64,000 nucleotides of DNA, from assembly GCA_003564155.1 (NCBI GenBank), contig PWOA01000092.1, positions 4,375-68,374 of the forward strand, in the 5' to 3' direction. A program made the translations under genes and the position numbers. Within the stretch, counting starts at the first letter, position 1. Each line of letters starts with the position of its first letter. Positions 1 through 10,892 of this stretch are shown in pieces. Source of the DNA: Candidatus Cloacimonadota bacterium. Its GTDB lineage: Bacteria > Cloacimonadota > Cloacimonadia > Cloacimonadales > PWNZ01. Under the pieces are notes generated by a model that ran no database searches, was not told the DNA's origin, and saw only the letters and a list, made by a program, of their open reading frames with translations.

Positions 1-605
1 AATCCCTTAATACTACTAAGTTTCTTCAAGACATCAATTTTATTAAGATTACTATCCTTGCATTGTTTAACTATATTTTTTATCTCTACTATTGCTTCTT
101 CACCTTCACCTATAAATATGGCATCAAAAAAATCTGCAATAGGTAAAGGGTTTACACTACCCGGACCACCGGCAATAATAATGGGATATTGATCTGTTCG
201 ATCTTTACTGAATAGAGGAATTTCTGCATTATCCAGCATATAAAGAATATTTGTATATGTCAATTCGGATTGTAAAGTGAATCCGATGATATCAAATTCT
301 TTGAGGGAAACCTTATTTTCCAAAGAGAACAAGGGAATTTTGTGTTTTGCCAATAAGTCGGCTAAATCTTTATCAGGAGCATAAACTCTATCACATGTAG
401 CGTCAGTTTCCTTGTTAAGAATATGATATAGAAGTTTCAGCCCCAGATGTGAAAAACCGATTTCATAAATATCAGGAAAGGCTAGGCAAAAATTAATCAT
501 ATTTGTCTGCGGCTTTTTATGAAAACTATTAAGTTCATGGTCAATATATCTTGAGGGTTTGTTAACCGCAGTTAACAGGTGGTCAATATTGTTTTGATTA
601 TGCAT
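1..605 (-). CDS. TIGR03960-like B12-binding radical SAM protein, N-terminal part (runs off window start)
   Basis: Not in ORF track. Manual translation from ATG at 605: MHNQNNIDHLLTAVNKPSRYIDHELN...FCLAFPDIYEIGFSHLGLKLLYHILN..., later IIGFTLQSELTYTNILYMLD and PIIIAGGP, typical of this family's N-terminus. Confidence 0.8.
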   Translation of the reverse strand, partial: MHNQNNIDHLLTAVNKPSRYIDHELNSFHKKPQTNMINFCLAFPDIYEIGFSHLGLKLLYHILNKETDATCDRVYAPDKDLADLLAKHKIPLFSLENKVSLKEFDIIGFTLQSELTYTNILYMLDNAEIPLFSKDRTDQYPIIIAGGPGSVNPLPIADFFDAIFIGEGEEAIVEIKNIVKQCKDSNLNKIDVLKKLSSIKG

Positions 606-681
606 ATTATTCTACTAAAAGTACTCCAAGTATATTATTACACCTTATACACACACTCTTAAGTTTTTCCGATATCAACGA

Positions 682-1383
682 TTAATCATTAATAACGAAC
701 ATTCTAATATATGAGTCTTCGTTATTAATCGGGAAAAGATGATCTGTGTTTATCGATAACAAAGTCTTTAGGTAATTGGGTTTATCAAATTGTTTTTCTT
801 CGTGAGATATCGATTCTATTGTAATGATTGATAACATATTATCTTGATTATCAGTAGTACTTTTTGAAGAAGAATCATGTGACCGGTTATTGGGTAACGG
901 TAACACTTCTCTTTCGTAATCGTCATTATCTGGCAATAATGATTCTCTTTCAATTCCAGGTGTTGTAGATTTGCTATCACCCAAGTTTCTGAAAGGAAAA
1001 TCTATTTGCTGGTTTTTATATAGATTGTATACAGTGATAACGATAACAACAGTTGTTATTATTAGCAATACACAAAGTAATATATTCTTATTAAACATTA
1101 CACGACTAGGAAATAACTCCTTTGAATAATTATCATTGGGTATCCTTACCGAATCTTTCTTAATATTGAACAATTTATTTATTTCTTCTTCACAAAATCC
1201 TATAGCTCGAGCAAAAGATATGAGCATGATTCTTTCATAACCTTCATTAAATAGATCTGAAGATTCACCTTTCTCTAGTGCTTCGAGAACTTTTATCTTT
1301 ATTTTAGTCTTCTCAGAAATTTTTTCTAAACTTATTTCTTGTTCAAGTCTTTTCTTTCTAAGTATATTACCTATATTTTCCAT
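682..1383 (-). CDS. RodZ-like HTH membrane protein
   Basis: N-terminal HTH_25 (IGNILRKKR...ISLEKISEKTKI...LEALEKG), one TM helix near aa 100-120, low-complexity periplasmic tail. Confidence 0.7.
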   Translation of the reverse strand: MENIGNILRKKRLEQEISLEKISEKTKIKIKVLEALEKGESSDLFNEGYERIMLISFARAIGFCEEEINKLFNIKKDSVRIPNDNYSKELFPSRVMFNKNILLCVLLIITTVVIVITVYNLYKNQQIDFPFRNLGDSKSTTPGIERESLLPDNDDYEREVLPLPNNRSHDSSSKSTTDNQDNMLSIITIESISHEEKQFDKPNYLKTLLSINTDHLFPINNEDSYIRMFVIND

Positions 1384-1391
1384 AATTGTAC

Positions 1392-1721
1392 CTATTTTTG
1401 CGCTTGGATTATTATTACTCCCAGAGTGATACCTGCAATATTATAGGCCATGTCATACCAACAGAATCTTGTTTTTTTCAAATATTTATCGGAAAACTCC
1501 TTACCTATACCGATCAAAGAGGTTAAGCTGACAGACATAATAATGTTTTGCTGATGAGAATAATTAAATGATTGATTATTTAGATGATAATTCCAGTATA
1601 ATAGATAAGCACTCCCCAAGAAATGCATTTGCTTGTCATCTGCCACCCAAGGAAATTGTGCTCTTAAAAGAGGCATACTTAACAATAAGATTACTATCGA
1701 TAAAATCAGCAATCTTAACAT
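1392..1721 (-). CDS. YfiM/VanZ-like small membrane protein
   Basis: Motifs DDKQMHF, IGIGKEFSD and DMAYNIAG; hydrophobic N-terminus; start shares one base with the dapF stop. Confidence 0.6.
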   Translation of the reverse strand: MLRLLILSIVILLLSMPLLRAQFPWVADDKQMHFLGSAYLLYWNYHLNNQSFNYSHQQNIIMSVSLTSLIGIGKEFSDKYLKKTRFCWYDMAYNIAGITLGVIIIQAQK

Positions 1722-2605
1722 TAGTTGCTACCTTTATTATAATGATATTTACCATAACATATAAAGCTAACATTACTCGAAAGAGTATATCTATTATTTT
1801 CAAGATTAATATCTATTAGTTTCGAACCTCCCGGAAATGCAACTTCTACATTTCCATCAAGATAGCCATATTTCATACCGGCTAATACAATAGCCAAAGC
1901 CCCGCTGCCACAAGCAAGAGTTTCACCAACACCACGTTCCCAAACTCTAGCTTGTACTTTATTACGTGACAATATCTTTACTAGCTCTACATTAACACCA
2001 TCGGGGAAATGGTTACTTTTACCAATAACCGGGCCAACAATCTCTATCACACTTAAACAAAATAAATCTCGCTTATTCTGTTGATCACATTCGAACATAA
2101 CATAATGTGGATTGCCAATATGTACTGGAATACCATACCAATTACTTTCATTAATAATCTCCCCTATCTGAGGATTATCAATCTTATGATTTGGTAATAT
2201 AATATTACCTACCTCTGTAATGACGAAGCATTTGTCGTTTTTGAAAACCAATTTCCCTTTAGCAAAACCTGCCTTAGTTTTTATCGAGAAAATGTTCTTC
2301 TCATAGTTCTGTTTCTTTGCTAATAAGGCACTTATGGAAGTTATCGCTGAACCACAAAGATCTGATTCACTACCATCCGGATTAAATATTCTTATATATA
2401 CATCAGCTTCCTTATCATTAAAAATTAAAACAATCCCATCGGAACCTATACCGTAATTTACATCTGAAACTATCTGGGCTAAATGTGTATAATCTATATC
2501 CGTTGATCTCTGATTGCGCAGATCAAAATAAACAAAACTATTACCTTGTGCTTCAATTTTAAAAAATTCTAAGAGTATTGGCTCTTCCTTCGCTCCACAA
2601 TTCAT
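1721..2605 (-). CDS. dapF: Diaminopimelate epimerase
   Basis: GIGSDG, IFNPDGSESDLCG, GNPH, GVNVE, RVWERGVGETLACGSG; both catalytic Cys present; follows dapB. Confidence 0.9.
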   Translation of the reverse strand: MNCGAKEEPILLEFFKIEAQGNSFVYFDLRNQRSTDIDYTHLAQIVSDVNYGIGSDGIVLIFNDKEADVYIRIFNPDGSESDLCGSAITSISALLAKKQNYEKNIFSIKTKAGFAKGKLVFKNDKCFVITEVGNIILPNHKIDNPQIGEIINESNWYGIPVHIGNPHYVMFECDQQNKRDLFCLSVIEIVGPVIGKSNHFPDGVNVELVKILSRNKVQARVWERGVGETLACGSGALAIVLAGMKYGYLDGNVEVAFPGGSKLIDINLENNRYTLSSNVSFICYGKYHYNKGSN

Positions 2606-2669
2606 ATTTCCTCCGTTAATATATTATCCCTGATAAAAATTCTATCACAGATACCCGGATTTTATCTAT

Positions 2670-3419
2670 TTAACTCTTTATTACTTCTACAAATACATCG
2701 CTATAGTTATAAGTCCCTTCTTTGTTTGTTATCCAATGAGCAGCTTTTAAGGCTCCTATAGCAAACCCGTCTCGATTTCTTGCTGTATGAGTGCATTCGA
2801 TATTATCAAATGGTGAATCAAAACCGAAAGTGTGAGTGCCGGGAATACTACCAGCCCGGATACTGGCAAAATGAAGTTCACTCTCTTCAATTTTTCTGTC
2901 TAATTTATCGTAAACTGTTTTCTTTTTTTTAGGGAAAGAGCGAACTAAAATCTCTGCCAAATCTTTTGCAGTCCCCGATGGACTGTCAACTTTCTTATTG
3001 TGATGTTTCTCATAACCATAAGCATCATATATTCCTGAATCGGCAACCATACCGGCTATTTGTTCTGCAAAATAAAAAAATATGTTCATGCCAATTGAAA
3101 AGTTTGAGGCATAGATTAATCCCGTATTATTCATTCTCACAATACTTTCTACACTACTCAACGACGCAAACCACCCTGTTGTTCCTAATACAACTTTTTT
3201 ACCTGTTTTACAAATACTCTCAACATTGCCTATAACATGATCAGGTAATGAAAAATCTATACACACATCTGCATTAAATAGAGTTTCACGATTAATCTCA
3301 TGGTTATACTCTTCATAACTGGGATCAATTATTCGTACAACACGGCAATCATACTCAGGGGCTAATTTATCAATTATTTTCCCCATCTGGCCATAACCAA
3401 TAAGAGCGATATTTAACAT
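2670..3419 (-). CDS. dapB: 4-hydroxy-tetrahydrodipicolinate reductase
   Basis: IALIGYGQMG, DFS, GTTG, ASNFSIG, EKHHNKKVDSPSGTA. Start moved to the ATG at 3419 (MLNIALIG) to avoid overlap with the upstream gene. Confidence 0.93.
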   Translation of the reverse strand: MLNIALIGYGQMGKIIDKLAPEYDCRVVRIIDPSYEEYNHEINRETLFNADVCIDFSLPDHVIGNVESICKTGKKVVLGTTGWFASLSSVESIVRMNNTGLIYASNFSIGMNIFFYFAEQIAGMVADSGIYDAYGYEKHHNKKVDSPSGTAKDLAEILVRSFPKKKKTVYDKLDRKIEESELHFASIRAGSIPGTHTFGFDSPFDNIECTHTARNRDGFAIGALKAAHWITNKEGTYNYSDVFVEVIKS

Positions 3420-3450
3420 TGTCTCATCCTTGAAATCTTTATAAAAATAT

Positions 3451-4578
3451 TTACTTATGCTCACCTAACATAATCAATATTAATTTTATCCATTGTGCAC
3501 CTTGCTCAAGATCACTTACCTTAATATTTTCATCAGTCGTATGAACATCATTCATACCTGTGCCTAAAACGATCGAACCTATTCCTTTTTTATTAAATAT
3601 ATTTGCATCACTACCACCACCACCTTTGTAGGTTAAAGGATTCATCCCTAAAGCTTGAGAAGCCTTCTTGGCAACATTTAGTAAAAAATCGGATTCATCA
3701 ATATAAAACGATGAATAATTTTTTTCAACTTTAATATCAACTGTGGCACTAGTATCTCCCACTTTATAATTTGCTGCAGTATCTCTAAAAACTTGAGTAA
3801 CTTTATCGGTTATCACATCTAATTGCTTATCCGAATGAGAACGAATTTCTCCCTTTAAATAAATATTATCCGGAATAATATTGGTCGCTTCTCCTCCATT
3901 AATTGTTCCAATATTCGAGGTAGTTTCCTCATCTATTCGCCCTAAAGGTATTTTAGTTATCGCATCAGAAGCAACTAAGATCGCATTGATTCCTTTATCC
4001 GGGTCGGTACCTGCATGAGCTTTTTTACCCCTAACATTTATAAACAAATTATTCTGTGACGGTGCACCTATCAAGATTGTACCAATATCATGTGTATCCA
4101 ATACCATACATTGCTTAGACCTAAACAACGATAAATCAGCATTTTGAACACCAAGTAACCCGATCTCTTCACAAACAGTAAAAAGTATCTCAATCGGAGG
4201 ATGAGGTTTACCGCTGAGTAAAAGTTCTTTGACTCCGAATATTATCTGAGCAACTCCCGACTTATCATCAGAACCTAATATCGTCGATCCATCACTAAAG
4301 ATTATACCATCCTTGATTACAGGCGTAACATTTTTCCCCGGAACAACTGTATCTAAATGTGCTGAAAGTAAAACTGGCTCAAGGCTTTCATCACCTTCAA
4401 TAAAAGCATATAAATTACCGGTATTGCTCCCGGTAAATGAGGTTGTATCATCAAAGGTTACTTTCGCACCTAAATCTTCAAGATCCCGGCTTATTTTTAA
4501 TGCAATTTCTAACTCATTCTTTGATTCACTATCAACCTGAACCAGAGACAAAAAATAATTGACTATGTTTTGTTCCAT
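3451..4578 (-). CDS. M20 family metallopeptidase (PepT-like tripeptidase)
   Basis: SAHLDTV, LGSDDKSG, CEEIG, GGGSDAN and VHTTDE motifs. Confidence 0.88.
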   Translation of the reverse strand: MEQNIVNYFLSLVQVDSESKNELEIALKISRDLEDLGAKVTFDDTTSFTGSNTGNLYAFIEGDESLEPVLLSAHLDTVVPGKNVTPVIKDGIIFSDGSTILGSDDKSGVAQIIFGVKELLLSGKPHPPIEILFTVCEEIGLLGVQNADLSLFRSKQCMVLDTHDIGTILIGAPSQNNLFINVRGKKAHAGTDPDKGINAILVASDAITKIPLGRIDEETTSNIGTINGGEATNIIPDNIYLKGEIRSHSDKQLDVITDKVTQVFRDTAANYKVGDTSATVDIKVEKNYSSFYIDESDFLLNVAKKASQALGMNPLTYKGGGGSDANIFNKKGIGSIVLGTGMNDVHTTDENIKVSDLEQGAQWIKLILIMLGEHK

Positions 4579-4928
4579 TTAAACTACCTTCTTATTTTAA
4601 TTATCGTACAGGTTCTATATCACAGGCTACTGTCAAGAGAAAAACAATCGACTTGATATTCATAAATTTTGATAAATGTTTTTGCCATACTAACACATAT
4701 TTTTAGTCTTTTAAATAATGATTTAGACTAATCATAACAATAATATTAGTATGTGTAGTTGTTATACCACAATACAGATGTCAATAGTTCTAAAATAATA
4801 ATAATCAACAATTAAGCATAATATCTTATCTCGGACTTGACCATCCCGTTATAGGCTCACAAGCTAATATCAATATATTCTGGAAAGATATCTTCAGTGT
4901 TTTTCATTATAGCTAAAGCAGGAATATA

Positions 4929-6197
4929 CTAGTAAGAAATATTAGGCGCAGATTGGTAAATTATTTTACCGTTTTTAATAACTGTATCTACATTATTAGA
5001 GCCAAAATGATATGGTAAATAGCGATACGACGGCATGTCCATAATTAGTATATCACCTTGTTTACCTGGTTCGATACTACCGGTATTATACCGTTGAAGT
5101 GAGTAAGCTGCGTTTACTGTAGATGCAGTTATAGCTTCAGCAACTGTCATTTTCATTTGTAATGTCGCTAAAGTTATTATGAACTGCATGCTATCACAGT
5201 TACAACTCCCGGGGTTGTAATCCGTAGCTAAAGCTACCGTTACACCTCGATCAATCATATCTCTAGCACGGGCATAGTTTTTCATTCCAAGGCTGAAGAT
5301 TGTTCCCGGTAATAAAACAGCAACTACATTCTTATCTTTCAATGCCTGAATACCTTTATCTGATGCAGCTCCCAAATGTTCTGCTGATACTGCTCCCATC
5401 TCAGCAGCTAATTCTGCACCTCCTAAAGGTTTTATTTCGTCAACGTGCATTCTTATTTTAAAACCAAGATCTTTAGCACGATTTAGGATATCTCTCGATA
5501 ATTCGATGCCATAAACATGATCCTCAGTGAATATATCACAAAATTCCGCTAAATGATCATGTATGACTTGTGGCATCATTTCTTCTTTTAAGATTCGCAC
5601 ATACTCGTCTTTATTGTTAATATATTCATTAGGAAATTCGTGAGCTCCCATAAAGGTCGGTATAATGTCAATCGGCAATTCCTCGTCAAGCCTCTTAATT
5701 ACTCTTAACATTTTAAGTTCACTTTCAGTCGACAAACCATAACCGCTTTTTGCTTCCAATGTAGTGGTTCCTTGTGTTATCATCTTCAATATGCGTTTTT
5801 TTGCCAACTGAAATAATTGATCTTCTGATGCTTTTCTTACCGCGGCTATACTGGAACGAATACCTCCTCCGGATTGTGATATTTCGACATATGATTTACC
5901 TAATATTCGCATCTCGAACTCATTCTCTCTTGTATGATAAAATACAGGGTGAGTATGAGGATCAACAAATCCAGGCATTACAATTTTACCTTCAACATCA
6001 ATAACATTATCCGATTCATACTTATCTAAAATAGCTTCTGTCGTACCAACAGCTTTGATTTCTCCGGAAGATAAGGCTACAGCACCATTTATGATGATTC
6101 CCAGATCATTCATTTCTTTACCTATTCTGGGTAAATGACTTCCCTTAAGACTAAGTAATTCTCCAGCATTAATTATTATTAAATCTACTTGTATCAT
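4929..6197 (-). CDS. hutI: Imidazolonepropionase
   Basis: PGFVDPHTH, GGGIRSS, GTTTLEAKSGYGL, FMGAH, MHVDE, ATDYNPG. Confidence 0.93.
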   Translation of the reverse strand: MIQVDLIIINAGELLSLKGSHLPRIGKEMNDLGIIINGAVALSSGEIKAVGTTEAILDKYESDNVIDVEGKIVMPGFVDPHTHPVFYHTRENEFEMRILGKSYVEISQSGGGIRSSIAAVRKASEDQLFQLAKKRILKMITQGTTTLEAKSGYGLSTESELKMLRVIKRLDEELPIDIIPTFMGAHEFPNEYINNKDEYVRILKEEMMPQVIHDHLAEFCDIFTEDHVYGIELSRDILNRAKDLGFKIRMHVDEIKPLGGAELAAEMGAVSAEHLGAASDKGIQALKDKNVVAVLLPGTIFSLGMKNYARARDMIDRGVTVALATDYNPGSCNCDSMQFIITLATLQMKMTVAEAITASTVNAAYSLQRYNTGSIEPGKQGDILIMDMPSYRYLPYHFGSNNVDTVIKNGKIIYQSAPNISY

Positions 6198-6277
6198 ATA
6201 GTTTCCTTTAATATTAAGTTTTTCTCGAAGTACTGTTTATCTGCTTAAACATGAGTGTAATATGTCAAAATGTTTTT

Positions 6278-7939
6278 TCAATATTTAAATATGCCTCCTC
6301 CGATAAACTCTCTTAATATGGAGTTTGTCGGCACTAAATCATCAGGAATATCAAGAGCGTGTTCAATCAGCCATATAATTTTTTGTGCTTCAGTGAAAAC
6401 ATTAGAAAATTTTGATATTCTATAAAGCATAGGTAAAGCATGTTTTTTGAATACATTGATTTCATAAGTTAATCCGCTGTTGAAAATTAAATCTGCTTCT
6501 TCTTGGAAAGGGAATATATTCAAGTGCTCACCTTCACTAATATGTGACCACCTTTTTAAGGTCATTTCGGCTGAATAACCTCGAAAATAATTATCTCTAA
6601 CCAACCTTCTGATTTTTCTAAAATAAGTAGTCGCTATCCTGTTATGTCTGTCAATATTCAGTTGATTTAAGCAACTAATATAGATTTTAACTTTTTTTTG
6701 AGCCGGAACAGCTTTTGTCAATTCATCACTTAGTGCATGTATACCTTCAATCAATAGTACATTATTTGCTTCCATTTTGAGATTTTGATTACTTTTTTTC
6801 CTGGTTCCTGAAACAAAATCATACTTTGGAAGCTCGATTGTTTTATCTTCAAGTAGAGATTTGAGATGGTTGTTAAATAGCTCTAAGTCTATAGCTCGAA
6901 TACTTTCAAAATCGTATTCACCATTTTCTTTCCGGGGAGTTATCTCTCTGGGATGAAAGTATTCATCCAATCCAAGAATAATTGGTTTGATACCATTAAC
7001 TTGCAATTGTATTGAGAGTCGTTTAGAAAATGTTGTTTTACCTGATGAAGAAGGTCCTGCAACCAAAATAACTTTCACGTCTTTTCTCGCAGATATCTCG
7101 TCAGTAAAAGCTACTAGTTTTTTCTCATGTAAAGCTTCCTCAATCTGTATGTCTTCTGATATATTATTACTTTTAACTTTTTTGTTCAGATCACCAATAT
7201 TACGTATATCCAATATATTAAGCCACCTGTCAGCTTCTTGATGAATATTAAACAATTTTCGAGGATAATTAAACACAGGCTTAACCTGTCTCGTAGATAT
7301 CAATGGAAACCTTATGCAAAAGCCCGGAGATATATAATTAAGATCATACTCGGATATTATTCCAGTATTATCAGATAATTGCCTTATATAATAATCATAG
7401 TAATCACCACACCTGAAGACTACTGTGTAGCCAGTTTGATTAAACTGGAAGTTCTTGATTATATCATCTCTGCCTTGTTGTTGAAAAATATTTGTAGCAT
7501 CATCTACTGTCATCTCTACTCTTTCTATATATAGTTCCCGGCTGACGTTTCTTGCAAACTCTTTCCTCAAAATATCTAAATGCTGCTCTAAAAATATCTC
7601 TTCTCCTTCAGCTTCGCAATATATTCCATCGCCAATCGAATGCTTAACTATAAGATTCCACCTACGATCAAACAACTCATGGAATACTTTAGCCATAATA
7701 AATATCGCAGAATCTTGATAAATACGGAAACCTTCCTCTGAGTTAAAACCAATGCAATCTAAAACAGCATCTTCAGCAATAATTTTATTACTGTTGACGA
7801 ATTCATTATTCAGTTTGAAGATAATAGTATCCAATCCTGATAAACTGTGTCGAGAAATGATTTCCTTTACTGTTACTATCGCTTCACATTCGTAACTATC
7901 GACAAAATCACCGTTTAGCGAAAGCTCAACCTTAAACAT
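6278..7939 (-). CDS. Uridine/nucleoside kinase-like P-loop protein with N-terminal TGS/ThrRS-editing-like domains
   Basis: Walker A AGPSSSGKTT, EGIHAL, RRLVRD..FRG and IFPFQEEAD; N-terminal KHSIGDGIYCE segment. Confidence 0.8.
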   Translation of the reverse strand: MFKVELSLNGDFVDSYECEAIVTVKEIISRHSLSGLDTIIFKLNNEFVNSNKIIAEDAVLDCIGFNSEEGFRIYQDSAIFIMAKVFHELFDRRWNLIVKHSIGDGIYCEAEGEEIFLEQHLDILRKEFARNVSRELYIERVEMTVDDATNIFQQQGRDDIIKNFQFNQTGYTVVFRCGDYYDYYIRQLSDNTGIISEYDLNYISPGFCIRFPLISTRQVKPVFNYPRKLFNIHQEADRWLNILDIRNIGDLNKKVKSNNISEDIQIEEALHEKKLVAFTDEISARKDVKVILVAGPSSSGKTTFSKRLSIQLQVNGIKPIILGLDEYFHPREITPRKENGEYDFESIRAIDLELFNNHLKSLLEDKTIELPKYDFVSGTRKKSNQNLKMEANNVLLIEGIHALSDELTKAVPAQKKVKIYISCLNQLNIDRHNRIATTYFRKIRRLVRDNYFRGYSAEMTLKRWSHISEGEHLNIFPFQEEADLIFNSGLTYEINVFKKHALPMLYRISKFSNVFTEAQKIIWLIEHALDIPDDLVPTNSILREFIGGGIFKY

Positions 7940-8041
7940 AACTAACCCCTCACATGATATTTTATTATGGAAGATTATGATCTGACAATATTACATGATT
8001 TAATTATTGAACGACAACTACTCTGAAAACAAACAATTAAC

Positions 8042-8079
8042 ATTAGAGGCTACCTATTAAACATTAGGTAGCCTCTAAT
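8042..8079 (-). terminator. Stem-loop (likely terminator) after serC
   Basis: Perfect 15-bp inverted repeat ATTAGAGGCTACCTA / TAGGTAGCCTCTAAT with an 8-nt loop, 25 nt past the serC stop. Confidence 0.7.
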
Positions 8080-8104
8080 TAAATTATCGAATAATCAAAA
8101 CTTA

Positions 8105-9196
8105 TTAAGCTGGATTATTATTCATAAATTGAATCATAAACTTTGCAAGCTCTTTAGTAGCTTCTAGGGGTAAGGCGTTATAAGTTGATGCCCTACAGCC
8201 TCCAACACTTCTATGACCTTTTAATCCACTAAAATTGTTTGCTGCTGCTTCTTTTATGAATTTTGCTTCTAAATCCTCGGAAGGTAAACGCCAGGTGATG
8301 TTCATTAAAGAACGATCTTCTTTGGCTACCGTTCCTCGATAGTAGTTATTAGAGTTATCAATCGTGTCGTATAGATTTGATGCCTTTTATTGATTGTGCT
8401 TTTCGATTGCTGCAAGACCACCTTTGTTTTCCAACCATTTCATAACTAAACCGATAATATAGATTATAAAAGTTGGTGGTGTATTATGCATAGAACCTTT
8501 TTTAATATGTGTCTGGTATGACATCATAGTGGGTAAATCCGGTTGTAAGCGTTCTATCATATCTTTCCGGATAAGTACCAAAGTTGCTCCAGCAGGTCCG
8601 ATGTTTTTTTGAGCACCGGCATATATTAGACCAAACTTATTAACATCAATAGGCTTACTCATGATATCTGAAGACATGTCGCAAAATAGAGGTATATCTT
8701 GAGGTAATTCTGGATATTTATGATACTGAGTACCTGCAATCGTATTATTTGAGGTTATATGCAGATATGCTGGATTATCCGAAAGTTTAAACTCTTTGGG
8801 GATATAACTAAAATTCCTATCTTCCGAACTGGCTGCTAAATTAGCTGTTTTACCTATTATTTTTGCTTCTTTATAGGCATTATTTGCCCAGGTACCTGTA
8901 TTAATAAAATTAGCTTCCTTGTCAGGTGGGCAGAAGTTAAGTGCAGACATCAAAAATTGAGTCGTAGCTCCTCCACCTAAAAACAAAACTTCAAAATTAT
9001 CTCCTAAACCAAACACTCTTTTAACAGATTCAACAGTTTCATTAAAAATTGCTTGGTAATCTTTTGAGCGATGGCTCATCTCCATGACAGACATACCTTT
9101 GCCCTTGTAATTCAATAGATCCTTTTGAATTTCCAACAATACTTCAACCGGTAAAACCGCTGGTCCGGCACTAAAGTTGTGAACTCTTTCTTGCAT
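8105..9196 (-). pseudogene. serC: Phosphoserine aminotransferase interrupted by one in-frame TAA at 8387-8389
   Basis: HNFSAGPA, EMSHRS, DMSSD, YAGAQKN, TPP. The frame continues past the stop as IEKHNQ*KASNLYDTID...RSLMNITW...GLKGHRSVGGCRAS. Start taken at ATG 9196 after GGAGG. Confidence 0.85.
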
Positions 9197-9291
9197 TATA
9201 AACCTCCAGTTTTCTATTTTTTTCATTATTTACAATCGGTGTTCTAAGGCAAGCTTTTTTTACTTAATGACATACACATCTTTACTCTCTA

Positions 9292-10497
9292 TTAATAGAT
9301 AATCCATATCAAAATGGCAATCATTGTGAATGGGATCATTATTAAAGGAAATAGCTTCTTGAAAACTTGAATATATTTTGTCTCAAAATACTCTAAACTA
9401 AAAGCCATACACGGGTGTAAAGGGGAAATCAAATAACCTGCAAAAAGTGAAAAATATATAAACGAAAATAGAATACCCGGTATTACTTCCGAACCAAAAG
9501 CTACAAAAAGTAAAGGATAAACAATTGAAAGAGCTATCTCGATCCTGCCACTTATAAAACTCAGTAAAAAAGCTAACAAGCCAACGAAAACTAAAGGTGG
9601 CGAATAACCGACAAATATTGTATCTAATTTATCATAAGCCATTATCGTATTAATGAAAAGTAACAAAAAAAGAAATAATAACGAAAATTGATCTACTTTG
9701 CTGCTGGAGATTATTTTAAATAGTTTCTTTATACTAATCTTGTTTATTACTGTTGCCAAGATAACACTTACTGTCATGGATATAAAAAAAGACAACTGTT
9801 CTCGACTTCTTAATAAAGTACTGACTAAAACAACATGTAGAATGGGTGCGGATAATAATACCAACGCTATATAAAAAACATCCCTTTTCCTATTCTTTTT
9901 ATATTTAATGTCACCTGTCAAACTCTCATTTTTAATGTTTCGTAAAAGTACTAAATAACCTACAATAAATACTATTGCCGAAAAAGGTAACATATGTATT
10001 ATGGCAGTTGTTATTGTTAAACCGGCAAGTTGGGAAGCGATAATCAAAGAGCTACTTAAAGGATAAACAATAACTAAAATATGCCTAAACCATATATTGA
10101 TTGCCACATAATTATCATTTGATATATTCTTGTCAAAACCTTTAAGTAAGGGACAAGAAAGCAAGGCCCCGCCTGGAATAGGTATCAAACCAAAAAGAGC
10201 AGGTGTCATTATGAGATACTGTTTTTTATTTTTCCTGAGATTGGAAAGAACCGCATTCATGTGTATAGAGTTTCTGATTATGCCACCTAAAACAGGAATT
10301 AATCCCACAGCAATGACAAGCAGCCAATTATTAATATTTTTAATGGTTACCCAAAAAACGAATAATAATTCACCTACCCCTAAGTTTATTACACCAAACG
10401 TTAGAGCACCAGCTAAAACACCTATCCATAACTTCCAACGAGAAAATAACAATAATAATATAAAAGTAACCGTTAAACTAATAATGAAACTTGTCAT
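9292..10497 (-). CDS. DUF401 family multi-pass membrane protein (putative transporter)
   Basis: PALFGLIPIPGGALLSCP, NIWFRH...YPL, GYLISPLHPC; about 11 hydrophobic segments. Confidence 0.75.
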   Translation of the reverse strand: MTSFIISLTVTFILLLLFSRWKLWIGVLAGALTFGVINLGVGELLFVFWVTIKNINNWLLVIAVGLIPVLGGIIRNSIHMNAVLSNLRKNKKQYLIMTPALFGLIPIPGGALLSCPLLKGFDKNISNDNYVAINIWFRHILVIVYPLSSSLIIASQLAGLTITTAIIHMLPFSAIVFIVGYLVLLRNIKNESLTGDIKYKKNRKRDVFYIALVLLSAPILHVVLVSTLLRSREQLSFFISMTVSVILATVINKISIKKLFKIISSSKVDQFSLLFLFLLLFINTIMAYDKLDTIFVGYSPPLVFVGLLAFLLSFISGRIEIALSIVYPLLFVAFGSEVIPGILFSFIYFSLFAGYLISPLHPCMAFSLEYFETKYIQVFKKLFPLIMIPFTMIAILIWIIY

Positions 10498-10892
10498 ATG
10501 GATATATGAATACTCCTGTTTCTGGGTCCATCGAATTCACAAAAAAATATTCCTTGCCAGGTGCCGAGTAACATTTTGCTATTAAGTACAGGGATATTTA
10601 GACATGATCCCGTTATTATTGCTTTAATATGCGCCGATGAATTACCCTCTTTATGTAAATATTTCCTGTCGGATGGAACTAATATGTCCAAATATTCTTT
10701 TAAATCAATGGCAACATTTGGATCGGCACATTCATTTATCATTAATCCTGCAGTAGTATGAGGTACAAAAACATGTACTGTTCCTTCTTTAACATCTTCT
10801 TTAGTTATGAGACGATCAATAATGGAGGTAATGTTAATAAACTCCTCTTTGTTGTCCGTAACAAGAGAAATTGTCTTTATCGTCATTATCAT
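10494..10892 (-). CDS. YjbQ/UPF0047 family protein
   Basis: PHTTAGL.INE.ADP, HKEGNSSAHIK, LGTWQGIFFCEFDGPR. Confidence 0.9.
   Translation of the reverse strand: MIMTIKTISLVTDNKEEFINITSIIDRLITKEDVKEGTVHVFVPHTTAGLMINECADPNVAIDLKEYLDILVPSDRKYLHKEGNSSAHIKAIITGSCLNIPVLNSKMLLGTWQGIFFCEFDGPRNRSIHISI

Noticed and set aside
1721-2605. DapF motif deviations (EAQGNSF, LCGSA) suggesting a new substrate
   Set aside because: Both catalytic Cys and most binding residues are retained and the gene follows dapB.
8105-9226. Genome-wide stop-codon reassignment
   Set aside because: TAA, TAG and TGA all terminate well-conserved genes at the expected lengths; only serC and the dead transposase have internal stops.
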